Source of the DNA: Octopus bimaculoides
Taxonomy: Eukaryota
NCBI RefSeq assembly: GCF_001194135.2
Contig: NC_068989.1
Location: 64,054,998 to 64,118,997 of the forward strand
Length of the DNA: 64,000 bases
Direction: 5' to 3'
Under the pieces are notes generated by a model, which saw only the letters and a list, made by a program, of their open reading frames with translations, did not search any database and was not told the origin of the DNA. A program made the position numbers and the translations under genes. Positions 12,853-26,140 of this stretch are shown in pieces (the first letter of the stretch is position 1; every line of letters begins with the position of its first letter).

Positions 12853-13515
12853 CCCCACTTGCAAATGTTAAAGCGTGCCCATTCTTTATGATATGAATGA
12901 GAATTGAGAAAGGACGGAGCTGATAGTTAGATTAATACCTCAAAGAACGGAATAAATTCTGAAACGTACTTGGATATTCTGAAGAAGAAATTGCGAAACA
13001 TGATCAATGTTGATCACGCTTGGCCCGATATTTCAACAGAATGACGCAGCCTGTCATTCTGCAAAATGCATGACAAACTAGCTTATAATTAATTATATTA
13101 CACATTATCGAGTATTTGATTTAGATATTCATCTGACCTCATTCCTCTAGGAAAAGCATAGATCTTATGAAAACTTTTTTAAATATCCTGTCGATCTTAC
13201 TAGCGCAGCTTAATAGCCAACGATTTCAGATTTATAAGAAAAGATACGGTAGGAGATAATCACAGACTTTGGTTGGAAGTCTATTTGTTCCTATTGCTGC
13301 TATATTTGAGTGAAACGAGTTATCGTACTAAATATTGAGCTATCAAATATATTGTACTTTTGTAAAATGTTGTCAGGTCATCTACTTATTTTCTTATAAA
13401 ATACATCGATTGTGTTTTATCTATATCATCAGTCACAATATAAAATCGAGTTTTTGGCAGTGTATTCAAATATAAGACGAGAACTCGCATATATGTGCAC
13501 GTGCATGTGTGTGTG

Positions 13516-13559
<44 letters not shown>

Positions 13560-13611
13560 NNNNNNNNNNNNNNNNNNNNNNNNNNNNNNNNNNNNNNNNN
13601 NNNNNNNNNNN

Positions 13612-13651
<40 letters not shown>

Positions 13652-14550
13652 TTTTTAGAGATATATAGTTATATGTACATGTATGTATGCATATACATGT
13701 ATGTGCATATATTTATGTCATTGTATGAATATACGTAATAAATTGACATCCATATATCTTACACGGAAACAACAATACCTATTGTGTACTCATGTCTCCC
13801 ATTTATATGTATGCGTATATGAATGCGTATGTCACTGCGAATCTATATGTGTATACGTACATATCTATGAATATTTATCCTTGTTTGTAGGCATCTATGT
13901 ATACATATATGTATGTATATGCCTTTATATGGCTATATATCTATATTTTGTATATCCATCCCAAACGGTTTTATACCAACATAAACATATATATATATAT
14001 ATATATGTATATGTAAGTATGCATGCATGCATATATCTATTATGTAGAGGATAGGAGTATGACGGAAGAAATTTGATAGGAACAACATAAAAGTAAATTA
14101 CATGTTGTTTTGTATATTTGTTTGTTCTCATTTATGTCTATTTTAATTTTTTTTCTTTTTTCTTTTTCTTTATTTTTGTTAATTTACGTTTACATTTCTT
14201 TACGTAAAGGCAACCATTTGTAAATCACTTGCACTACTTTTCGGAATTAAATTTTGTGATATTTCGTTTCATGCCTGATTGAAGGATATAGAGGTAGTCA
14301 TGCCTGAAACTGTTATAGCTTGTAGAGGGAGCTGAACGCAGATTAAAGTTGAAGCAGTACACTTAGTGCAGATATTTTCCCTCAACATTCAGATTAGTGT
14401 TCGACAGATTGCTTAAGATTAGTCTTCAACACTGGTCTTAACTACGAAGATTTACATATACCGATACATTAGCCGATTATTTTTGGTTGTTGTTGTTGTT
14501 GTTGTTGTTGTTGCTGTTGTTGTTGTTGTTGCTGCTGCTGCTGCTGCTGC

Positions 14551-14600
<50 letters not shown>

Positions 14601-14605
14601 GCTAA

Positions 14606-15054
14606 GGCGACTAGCTGGAAGAATCGTTAGCAGGTTTGACGAAATGCTTAGCGGTATTTCGCCCGTCTTTACGTTCTGAGTTCAAATTCCTCCATGGTTG
14701 ACTTTGCCTTTCATCATTTCGAGATCGATAAATTAAGTACCAATGTAACACTGGGGTCGATGTAATCGAGTTATCCCCTCCCCGTGTGGCAAAATTTGAA
14801 ATCATTATTGTTGTTGTTGTTGTTGTTGTTGTCGTTGTTGTTGTTGTTAAGGCGGCTCGCTGGCAGAATCGCTAGCACGCTGGAAGAAATGCTTAGCGGT
14901 ATTTCACCCGTTCTGAGCTCAAATTCCTCGGAGGTCGACTTTGCCTTTCATCCTTTCGGGGTCGATAAAGTAAATACCAGGGAAACACTGGGGCCGATAT
15001 AATCGACTTGTCCCCGCCCCACAAATTTGAGGCCTTGTGCCTCCAGTAGAACGG
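14606..15054 (+). mobile_element. Two SINE-A copies (14606-14802, 14851-15054), each preceded by (GTT)n
   Basis: tRNA-like A/B boxes and body gtcgactttgcctttcatcc..ggggtcgat. Confidence 0.9.
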
Positions 15055-15093
<39 letters not shown>

Positions 15094-15358
15094 GTTCAGT
15101 AGTTTTATTTTTATAACGTGCTTTCACTTCACTACCGAGCGCAGCTCTGTGCGCCTTGGGTATGTGCTGTGGTTTGCTGTGGTGCTCTTATGTTTACTGT
15201 ATTGAAAGTGTTTTGCGTAGAATGTGTGCAGTACCCAGTAGTGCAATTTTCTGTATGTTATATATATCTGTAAGTCCTGGTGTTTTTGTTATGTATTTGT
15301 CTGAATATTTTTTTATTATACCTAAGGCACCTACTATGATAGTTCCGTGACGGCCAGG
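15094..15358 (-). mobile_element. R4/Dong 3'-end fragment abutting (TAA)13
   Basis: TIIVGALGIIKKYSDKYITKTPGLTDIYNIQKIALLGTAHILRKTLSIQ* (stop 15194-15196). The 3' UTR ends directly in the (att)n at 15055-15093. Confidence 0.85.
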
Positions 15359-15425
15359 TTTATGCTATTTATTATTGATGTTGTTTTATTGTCTATTTTG
15401 ATTTTTGGGAATTATTATTATTATA

Positions 15426-15469
<44 letters not shown>

Positions 15470-15655
15470 CATCATTATTATTATTATGATTGGCATAACT
15501 TTTCACATTGTTTTTGTTGGTGGTGATGTCATTCGCTCTGAGTGAACCCTCACCGAGCAGAACTGCGACCGAAGATATTCCAGCACTGATCGTTACTATA
15601 CGTTGAGGAAGATTTCGTTCCTTTTCCAAGCAAATCGAGATATCGCGTACTAACT

Positions 15656-15957
15656 AACTGGCACTCCGCCGGTTCCGACGACGGGGATTTCAGTTGATCC
15701 GATCGACGAAACAGCCTGGTCGTGAAATTAACGTGCAAGTGGCTGAACATTCCATAGACACGTGTACCTTTAACGTAGTTCTCAGGTAGTTCAGCGTGAC
15801 GCAGAATGTGACAAGGCCGACTTTGAATACAGGTACTACTAATTTTTGCTATGAGTGGACTGGAGCAACGTGAAATAAAGTGACTCGCTCAAGGACGCAT
15901 CGAACTCACTCACGACCTTACGATCGTTCGCCAATTACCCTGACCACTAAGCTACGA
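15656..15957 (-). mobile_element. SINE-C (tRNA head plus CORE-like ccttgagc domain)
   Basis: Shares ttcagcgtgac..tgtgacaagg and ctaaccactaagc with the copies at 42450 and 48227. Confidence 0.85.
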
Positions 15958-16870
15958 GTATAGACTCGCTATAGAACCAGTGCTTTCTTTCGGCAACTGA
16001 TTGTAGAGATTTTACACTGTATTTATAAAGTAGATTACACATGAAGCAGTTTCTCGGAATTTAGAGGCCCAGTGCTGATCTATGTACGCTGTAGTTGCAT
16101 ATATAATACCCCAGTGCATTGCTATGCGCAGGAGCATATAATGGTATTAAAATGGCCCTGATTACATCTATGCAAATGTCTAGTAGTAACGATGTAACTG
16201 ACTGGTTTAAAACGACATGACATTGTGTGTGTATGTATAGGAAATTGATGATGCCACAATAGAAACTAATTGAATATATAAAACAGTAATTGGTCAAGCT
16301 AGAATCTCATTGAATTAACGTCGCTTAACGTGCTGTTGTCATCAGGTCTTTGGAATAGTGTTGATCTATTTAGCAATACATCATCTCTTCAGTCATTGAC
16401 CGGCAAGAAGCAACGACTTAATTCACTCCAAACATGCCATACTTGCTTTTAAAAGAGAGAAGGAAAACATTAAGTAATATAGTTGAAACTATCGAAACTG
16501 TAGAATATCTTTAAGGCGTTTGATCACAGACGTGCTTGTGACGTCGTCATATTGAGACGTCATTTCTCTTTTGCTGTCTTTCGGTTATTTGAAACATCTT
16601 GTATACCGTGCAGCAATAAACTCCCAGTTTCACCAGTCCAAACCGTAATGAGACCTGTAAAACAAAACCATGAAACATTAGCTACAATAAGACACTTTTA
16701 CTACGTGCCTAACAGCAGAAAGCCCACAAGTAGTTGTTTTTTGTTTTGTTTTGTTTTTTCTGCCGCATTCTGTTATTGGCATTGTCTCAACGATTTTGTC
16801 GCCAACCGTTACAATTCTACACAGGGTTACCTGACTATGCTGGTCAATATTTTACTTGGATCTAACAGAA

Positions 16871-17100
16871 TGAGCTGGCAGAATCGTTAGCACGCCGGGC
16901 AAAATGTTTAGCAGCAATTCGTCTGTCTTTTTGTTCTGAGTTCAAATTCTGTCGCGGTCAACTTTGCCTTTCATCATTTCGGGGTCGATAAAATACGTAC
17001 CAGTTGAACACTTGGGTCAGTGTAATTGACTAAGCCCCCACCCCCACCCCCACCCAGACCCAGAAGTTGCTGACCCTGTGCCAAAATTTGAAACCAATAT
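16871..17100 (+). mobile_element. SINE-A copy (tail 3)
   Basis: gagctggcagaatcgttagcacgccgggc ... tgtgccaaaatttgaaacc. Confidence 0.9.
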
Positions 17101-19136
17101 CCTACTTGGATTTAGCCACCTCTTGTTTGGTAAATTTATACACCAATGTTCAAGTGAAAAACGAGAACTCTTGTTGTTGTTGTTGTCGTCGTCGTCGTCG
17201 TCGTCATCGTCGTCGTCGTCGTCGTCGTTGTTGTTGCTGTTATCGTTTTCTTCTTTTACTTGCTGAGCCTGAAAGAAAAGAGAATGCATGGCCTTTCTGA
17301 CCGTTTGTGACTGGTGAGATCAAAACCCTTAATGTTAGGTTTAAGCTATTTCTCAACAAAAGAAGAAGCTTGAATCGTAGTTTCATCTTGTCTAAGTCCT
17401 TCCTGCTCGAGCACTCCTATCGTCCGACGAGAGACGTCCCTGTTGTCTTTGTCCAGATTTTTTAAACAACTAAAACTACATTATCTAAAATCTGCCCTGC
17501 GATATGAGGAAAATTTAGCAGCTATTTCTAGTAGGTCGACCAACCACTTAGAGGTGTATTTATTGACTGGAATCAATGCATCATTTTTGTAGTTGCTGTT
17601 GTCGCCGCCGCTGATTTCGATGATGTGCTGAAATGAACCAAGGAAAAACTGATAATTAATAACATTTCTATAAAACGTACGTGTTACAGGGACAAAACTA
17701 GGGGAATAAAACAATGCTTTTCGAAAGATATCCTTTGCGATATTTGTTCTTTCCCGAGATAGAGAGACTTACTTGTCCCGTCGACAGTGAATTAGTGATT
17801 AGCTTGTTGGAAACTTGTAACCAACGATGCTATTCATCTTCAATAACATCATATAGGTAAAAAATAGTAAACGTATTTCAGCTCTGGAAGAGCATGAAAC
17901 ACCGATCCATAGTGCAATGCTCCCACTGTTTTCAATTAGTATATTGACTAGATAAAAGCAAGAGTTCCATTGGACAAAAATCAATCGCCTTGACTAACAT
18001 TGACGCGTACCTAAGCTATTAGTCCAGTAATAACTTGGAAGTCGAAATGTATTTGGCTTTGTTGTAAATATTAGCTTCGTTTATGAAAGACATTATTAAC
18101 CAGCAAAGATTGAATAGTTTACGAAGTGATTAGACTTTCTCTTGAAAATTTTGATTTGCTGCCAAAATCATGTATTCAAGGATAAATGAATGTGCGGACA
18201 ATATGTGTTCAAATTTGAGTTAGCGGATTACATGCTGAATGTGAGTTCAAAGTTTAGCTACAGCTCTATCCAAAACAGTTAACCAATCATAACACCTTTC
18301 AATAATACAGATCACATTGTATTGTTTTGTTTTATTATCGTGTATTTTGTAATTCTTGGTTATATATTTATCGATTATTGGTTTCTGTTTTTAGCAACAA
18401 CTCCACAGACATTGGGTTCCAAATTAAAAAAAAAATGATTAATAATGGTAATCCCGTTTGTTCTTTATCGGAATCGTAGATTATGGTTTGCACTGCTGAA
18501 ATCAGTTATCGATTTGTTTTTCGCAGGAATTTAATTAATAGCTATTAGAAATTGCTCGACATCAAAGATATTTCTTGTCTCTTTTCTTTTGTTAACATAA
18601 CTCTCTCTTTTCCTTTTTTAATGGGTGAGAGAGGGAATAAAATGGTCAGTATTACGAGTATTATTTTTATAAATTAAACTTATCAACATTCTCAACAAAT
18701 ATAGAATAGTCTGCCATATGTAGCGCTATGATACATGGCACTAAGGAACAGTTTAGTAGTTATGCTTTACTAAGAGCTCTTCAAGTGTATGCTAATAGCA
18801 TATAATTTTAAATACTTTTGATATGGTATTCTAAACAGTATCTTGATATAATATTCAATAATGCTTTATAATGATTTAAATGCTGCTTAGAGCAAATATT
18901 GCTTTGCGTAACCTTCTCTTGAATACTCCGCGATATGATTCTGTGGAGGTTTTCTTTTGACTGACAGCAAACGTTAAAACTGAAAAATTATTTGAATATT
19001 TGTCATTGCGTTATATTCGATATGATATATTTTTCTCCCGAACGAAAGGTCGTCTCTCCACAGCGAAAGGTCTTTCCATGTCTGAGTGTAAACGAACAGA
19101 TTATACATGAATGTGCATGAATATATATCTACACAC

Positions 19137-19238
<102 letters not shown>

Positions 19239-19248
19239 GACACACAAA

Positions 19249-19480
19249 GGCGGGGAGCTGGCAGAAACGTTAGCACGCCGGGCGAAATGCTTAGCGGTAT
19301 TTCGACTGCCGCTACGTTCTGAGTTCAAATTCCGCCGAGGTCGACTTTGCCTTTCATCCTTTCGGGGTCGATTAAATAAGTACCAGTTACGCACTGGGGT
19401 CGATATAATCGGCTTAATCCGTTTGTCTGTCCTTGTTTGTTTCCTCTGTGTGTAGCCCCTTGTGGGTAGTAAAGAAATAA
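19249..19480 (+). mobile_element. SINE-A copy (tail 1)
   Basis: Full head and body, ending gccccttgtgggtagtaaagaaata. Confidence 0.9.
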
Positions 19481-19753
19481 CACATACGATAGGTTTCTGT
19501 GTGTACCATTCCAATGAAGAGTAACTTTTCTGATAGACTCAACTAACGTTCTGTTATAGTCACTTGTGATATCTCTATGTTAATAAAGACAGTTATTAGT
19601 AATGATAAGTTCAAACTAATTTTGGCTAACAGATCTAGGTTCCACGTGGAACTCACGTATATTCTATTCACAGGCACGTCCAGGAGATGGCTACATTGTA
19701 AGGGCTAGCAATGGAGTAGCATTGTCATAAAAAATTATTATTATCATCACAAA

Positions 19754-19980
19754 GGCGGTGAGCTGCCAGACTCGTTAGCACAGGGGTCAAAGTGCTTAGC
19801 GGAATTTTGTCCGTCTTTACGTTTTGAGTTCAAATTTCGACGAGGTCAACAAGGTGGATTTTGCCTTTCATCATTTCGGGGTCGATATGATAAATACCAG
19901 TTGAGCACTTGGGGGAAGGGTCGATGTAATCGACATATCCCTCCCACGAAATTGCTGGCCTTGTGCCAATATTTGAAACT
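19754..19980 (+). mobile_element. SINE-A copy (tail 3)
   Basis: ggcggtgagctgcc ... gctggccttgtgccaatatttgaaa. Confidence 0.85.
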
Positions 19981-20330
19981 AATAATATCATCGTCACTAT
20001 CATCATCGTTATTATCACCATCATCGTTGTCGTCATCGTCGTCATCATCATCCTCATTATCATCTTCAAAATCATCATTATAATTACCATCATTATCATT
20101 GTAATTATCCTTCTATTCATGATGGACATTATAATTATCATCGTCGTTGTCGTCATCGTCGTCGTCGTCATCATTATAACAACCATCATCAAAATTATTA
20201 TTTCACAAATTACCATCATTTTCATTGCAATTATCTTTATTTTCATCACCATCATCATCATCCTCATCATCATCCTCGTCATCTGCACCATCATCATCCT
20301 CATCATCTGCACCATCATCATCATTATCGA
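19980..20330. repeat. Degenerate (ATC)n microsatellite directly following a SINE-A tail
   Basis: Direct reading. Confidence 0.9.
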
Positions 20331-21007
20331 GTATCAGAACAGTGCTGATTCGTTTTAGCCAAAATATCATAGCCTATTTAGTTTCTCTAGTTGAGACAAA
20401 TCTTTGCATTTACTTATTTCCAACATTCCAGCAGCAATATTTTAACAATTGGATATAACCACATGTAAATTCGATAGAAATCTGTAAACAAACGTGAAAA
20501 CCAATGTAGTTGTTTGGATTCTGTCTTTCAGAACTATAATTTACGTTCTTTTCCGTGTTCACTCGCGACTTTAAAGATGATTAATGGCGCAAAGCTGAAT
20601 GACGTCATAAAATGAGGGATTACCAAATGCTGTTGGCTAGGAAATTTGTTAATGATAAACTGTTGATAACATTAACAGCTTTCTCTGCCTCAACAGACGT
20701 ATGTGTCTGTAGAAATGAATGAGCGTTTTCTCCACAAATTTCAAATAGTATTTCAAAACATATGAATATACAAACAGAAAATACCAGCTCAGTGATTGGA
20801 AGTGTCTCGCTCGTACTATTAGAATTAGGAGCTTATATAATCTATTAAAAAAATATTCTACACGTTCACATTGAGTTCTGACATTTATTGCTTCTAGTGA
20901 AGACCACGTTATTTGTTATTTCACAACAGCGCTACAAGCTACAACGTTCATGGTACATACTCACCCACGCTTGCACACATGCACACATACATACATGCAT
21001 ACATACA

Positions 21008-21043
<36 letters not shown>

Positions 21044-21066
21044 TGTATATATATATGCATATATAC

Positions 21067-21101
<35 letters not shown>

Positions 21102-21534
21102 TATGTGTGNNNNNNNNNNNNNNNNNNNNNNNNNNNNNNNNNNNNNNNNNNNNNNNNNNNNNNNNNNNNNNNNNNNNNNNNNNNNNNNNNNNNNNNNNNN
21201 NNNNNNNNNNNNNNNNNNNNNNNNNNNNNNNNNNNNNNNNNNNNNNNNNNNNNNNNNNNNNNNNNNNNNNNNNNNNNNNNNNNNNNNNNNNNNNNNNNNN
21301 NNNNNNNNNNNNNNNNNNNNNNNNNNNNNNNNNNNNNNNNNNNNNNNNNNNNNNNNNNNNNNNNNNNNNNNNNNNNNNNNNNNNNNNNNNNNNNNNNNNN
21401 NNNNNNNNNNNNNNNNNNNNNNNNNNNNNNNNNNNNNNNNNNNNNNNNNNNNNNNNNNNNNNNNNNNNNNNNNNNNNNNNNNNNTCATTAAAGATGTGCT
21501 AAAGAATTTTCTGTCTTCTTGTTAATCGGTATGA

Positions 21535-21592
<58 letters not shown>

Positions 21593-21775
21593 CATACATA
21601 TATATATGGATGCGTGTAGAAAGAGTTTGGCTGTTATGAGTATGGTGTATGGGATGACGCGTGCGTTCAGCCGTTAGGAGGTTGTCTTGTATGTGCAAAG
21701 GTATGACTATGTATGTATATCCAACAACGTGTTTACATGTGTATATAAATCTCTATTATTTACCATTTGATATTC

Positions 21776-21976
21776 ATTTCAAACTGTGGTGCAAGGCCAA
21801 CGTGATGTAAGTCGATTACATTTACCCCAGTACCCAAATGGTATTTATTTTATTGACACCGAAAGGATAAAAGGCAAAGTTGACCGCGGCAGCATCTGAA
21901 TTCAGAGGGCAAAACCGGAAGAAATGTCGCTAGGCATTTTGTCCGGCGCGATAACGATCCTGCCAGCTCGCTGCCT
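21776..21976 (-). mobile_element. SINE-A copy, antisense, diverged
   Basis: Reverse complement of head (tgccagctcgctgcc) and body (aaaggcaaagttgacc). Confidence 0.8.
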
Positions 21977-22399
21977 TTACATACCATTTTATTTTGCCGC
22001 CGCTTTTATATTATCGCAGATCTTTCGTTGGAGTTGTTATTGCTTGTCTTTTACATTTTGTTTTGTTTGTTTTTTTTGTTCCTTACGTTGATGATTTTTA
22101 CGTACGATGTTGTCGTTTTTGCTGTTAAACCCAGTTCAGCTCCAACTTAAGATTACAAATCTTCTAATTGAAAGCATTCCGTTTTTTGTTTTTTTTTTCT
22201 ATCAGACATACAGTATTACGGTTTTCAATGCGGCCTTTTATGGGCTGTGTTTTGAAATAGATTTGTTTGCTATTTCTAGCAGACCGAAGTGCCAGATAGA
22301 ACTAGCAGCACATCCCATGTCTTTTGTATTTACCATAATTATGAAGATGATGGCTGTTTTTTTTAGGATTAGCAAAGGAGTAGTATCATTATATGGTGG

Positions 22400-23614
22400 G
22401 AGTAAAATTATCATGATCATGATCGTCATCATCATCATCATCATCACCACCAACATCATAGTTGTCGTCGTTGTCGTCATCATCATCATCATCGTCATCA
22501 CCGTCATCATCATCATCATCGTCATCATCGGCATCATCATCATCGTCATCATCGTCATCATCATCATCACCATCATCATCATTATCATTATCATCGTCAT
22601 CACCACCAACGTCATCGCCGTCGTTATGATCATCGTCATCATCATCATCATCACCATCATCATCATTATCGTCGTCATCGTTGTCATCATCATCATCATC
22701 GTCATCTGCATCACTACCTCTATTATCCCCGTCATTATCTTCATTATCTTCATTATTATCATAATCACTGTCATCGTAATAATTATTTCATAATTACCAT
22801 CATTATCATTGTAATTATCATTACTTCTGTACGCCTTGTCGTTAGCGTCAACCTCCTCCTCCTCCTCCTCCTCATCATCATCGACATCATCATTATCCTC
22901 ATCATAACCATCACACTCACCATTATCACGATCATTATTAATATCACCATGACCATGATCTCCACCATCCCCATCGCCTTCGGCAGCATCATCATTTTAC
23001 TCATCAGTCACTACTCACGAAAATATCATCAGTTCTGTTTTTCTCTTCCACTCCTGCCACCCATTTGTTCTTCCTTATCTTCCTACTCCTCTTCCTCCTT
23101 CTCCCCTTCCTCCCCTTCCTCCTCATTCTCTTCGTCCACCGCTTTCTACACTTCCCTTCTTCCTTCATCCCTTCTTCCTTCGTCGCTTCCCCTCGTCCTC
23201 TTCCTCCCCTCTTTCGTTTCCTCTTCTTCCTTTTCCCTTTCCCCCTCGTCCTCTTCCTCCTCTCTTCCTCCACCCTCTCTTCCTTCTTCCTCTCTTTCTC
23301 CTCCCTCTCTTCCGCCACCCTCTCTTTCTCCTCTACTCCTTCCTCCCCACTATCTTTGTTCTCACTCTCTTCCTTATCTCCATTTTCTGCACCCTCATCC
23401 TTCCTCTCCCTCTTCCTTATTCTCTCACATTCTCTTCCTCTCACTCCCTCTCTCTCTCCTCCTTTCTTCTTCCTCTCCTTTTCCTCTTCCGCATTCTCTT
23501 CCTCCCCCTCCCCCTTCTGCTCACTGCTTTTCGACTGCATGTTTCGCACACATGTCACACCTGCTTTATGTATCGCCATGTTTTATTTCTTATGACGACA
23601 GAATGTCGAGTGTT

Positions 23615-23675
<61 letters not shown>
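22400..23675. repeat. Compound low-complexity block: degenerate (ATC/GTC)n, then a ~480-nt polypyrimidine tract (23040-23520), then (TA)n
   Basis: Direct reading. Accounts for the I/V/M-rich and S/L/F-rich spurious ORFs. Confidence 0.9.
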
Positions 23676-23679
<4 letters not shown>

Positions 23680-24212
23680 ACGAAGCAGCCAAGTCTGTGA
23701 TGCCGTTTACATTTCTAATAATGTTTGGATCGATACATTGCTAATCTATTGAAATCGATGAATTGCTACCATTCTTGGATAGATCGATAGATTGCAAATA
23801 GAGTTAGATCAATAAAATTCTAATATAATTAGTTCGATAAAATACGTAGTCATATTATGCTTAGGAATTTGGGTGAGAGAATATACTCCATGGGTGTGTT
23901 CCATAGCCTAAATTCATAAACGGCAGCGACACTGGCATGGAATATCGTCAATTTCAAAATTCTGATCGGCTGAGGTCATCAAAACAATTAGTATTTAATA
24001 GTAGTTAAAAATTCTCTCTAGAGATGTTTAAAGACCTAGAAATTGCAAACAAGGGAGACAATCCCTTAAGATAAGTTGATTAAAACTTATGAGGAATGTA
24101 GACAATGAAAATTAGAATGGATCTGGTCTTTAAAGCAACGCGATAAGAGTAAGGGGCATGTTACTTTCTTTTTAAGCATCGTCTTAGAAACATATTCTAC
24201 ACTGTTGTCTGA

Positions 24213-24298
<86 letters not shown>

Positions 24299-24504
24299 TT
24301 CTCTCTGTCTGTATGCTACTATCTTAGTGCCTAAAACAGCGAGCCAATGTTCCCCAAAATTTCCATACATGTTACACTAGCGTTTAGTTCAATAGTAGGC
24401 TTACTGGATTCTGAAAATAAAAAGTATAAAGTGCACCCCAGGGGCGTTTGGCGAATTATATGATAAAATGAGAAGGTTGCAAAACGTATTGGTCTGATGG
24501 AGAG

Positions 24505-24697
24505 ATAGTAACAGAAAGAGAGGGTGAATTCTATCAGTGAAGGCGACACCAGCGGTGAAAATGGGGTAATAACGTTACTATAGCTGTCTTATAAGGTAGT
24601 AACAGAAACAGAGAGAGGGGAGAGAGACGTCTATCAGTGAAGGCGAGAGCAGCGATGAAAATGGAATGGTAACGTTACTATAGCTATCATATACAGG
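24505..24697. repeat. Diverged ~91-102-nt tandem duplication
   Basis: Both units contain tagtaacagaaa, tctatcagtgaaggcga, tgaaaatgg and taacgttactatagct. Confidence 0.8.
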
Positions 24698-25828
24698 CGA
24701 CGTTACATACATACTTTCATAAATACATAGACGCAACACACAGAAATTGTGGTATGGGGAATACGTAGCTTTCAGGAAAGACGGGGTAGGTGGCTTTTCT
24801 GCTGTCCATCGCAATAAAACACTCACACACAACCATGCATATACATACATACTTACATACATACATACATATATCTACTATGCACTATTTTAAACTCGTG
24901 ATTACTTGTGTGTACGTTTGTGAACGTGTGCGTGTGTATGTGTGTAGTGCGCGCGCGCGTGCGCCATGTCCTATAACTGATTGTCTCTCTACTTTTGTAG
25001 GGTCTTCCTTGTTGCTGTCACATATTGTGAGATTTTAAAATTACGTCAAAATTTCCAAATTTGGTACATTGAAATAAATTTCTACGTTAAAACCGATTTT
25101 GTTATTTATTTGTTGCAGAAAAATGTTACTGAAGTTTAAAGTTTAATCAATTTTACCTAATCAGAAACCAGGATTTTGAAGCTGGCATTTTCTGTACAAT
25201 AGCTGGCATGTGAAACTGCCGAACACACATGTAAATAATTTAAAAAGAAAAAAAAAATGGTCAACGAAATTTTTGGTGAAAAATTGCACAAATCTGTCCT
25301 GATAANNNNNNNNNNNNNNNNNNNNNNNNNNNNNNNNNNNNNNNNNNNNNNNNNNNNNNNNNNNNNNNNNNNNNNNNNNNNNNNNNNNNNNNNNNNNNNN
25401 NNNNNNNNNNNNNNNNNNNNNNNNNNNNNNNNNNNNNNNNNNNNNNNNNNNNNNNNNNNNNNNNNNNNNNNNNNNNNNNNNNNNNNNNNNNNNNNNNNNN
25501 NNNNNNNNNNNNNNNNNNNNNNNNNNNNNNNNNNNNNNNNNNNNNNNNNNNNNNNNNNNNNNNNNNNNNNNNNNNNNNNNNNNNNNNNNNNNNNNNNNNN
25601 NNNNNNNNNNNNNNNNNNNNNNNNNNNNNNNNNNNNNNNNNNNNNNNNNNNNNNNNNNNNNNNNNNNNNNNNNNNNNNNNNNNNNNNNNNNNNNNNNNNN
25701 NATATATAATCGATTCAAACATGAACAAGCAAGAAAAAACACGAAAAAGCACGAAAAAACAACAACGCTAAGACGTGAAATAAGTACAGTGTTATTGGAC
25801 GCTCAGGAAAGAAAAGAAAAGAAAGAGG

Positions 25829-25863
25829 ATTTAACGTTTCGAACGGAGCTCTTCGTCAGAAAT
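25829..25863 (-). ncRNA. Minimal type I hammerhead ribozyme motif with intact core (Penelope pLTR-type)
   Basis: Minus strand reads ATTT-CTGACGA-A-GAGC(TCC)GTTC-GAAA-CG-TT-AAAT: 4-bp stem I, CUGANGA, 4-bp stem II, GAAA, palindromic ACGU stem III and an NUH site. Confidence 0.75.
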
Positions 25864-25907
25864 ATAGGAAAAGTCCGAAGAAGGGAAGACAGAGAAAGAA
25901 AAGCGCC

Positions 25908-25961
<54 letters not shown>

Positions 25962-26069
25962 GTATATATACATATGCACTTGCATACATAGATATGGACA
26001 GCTATACACACAGAGGCAGACACATAGACAAACAGGCAGATATGTAGGTACATATGATAGATAGATAGT

Positions 26070-26140
<71 letters not shown>

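Noticed and set aside
24530-24645. CTATCAGTGA resembling the tet operator core
   Set aside because: Only 10 nt match and there is no palindromic second half or vector context; coincidental.
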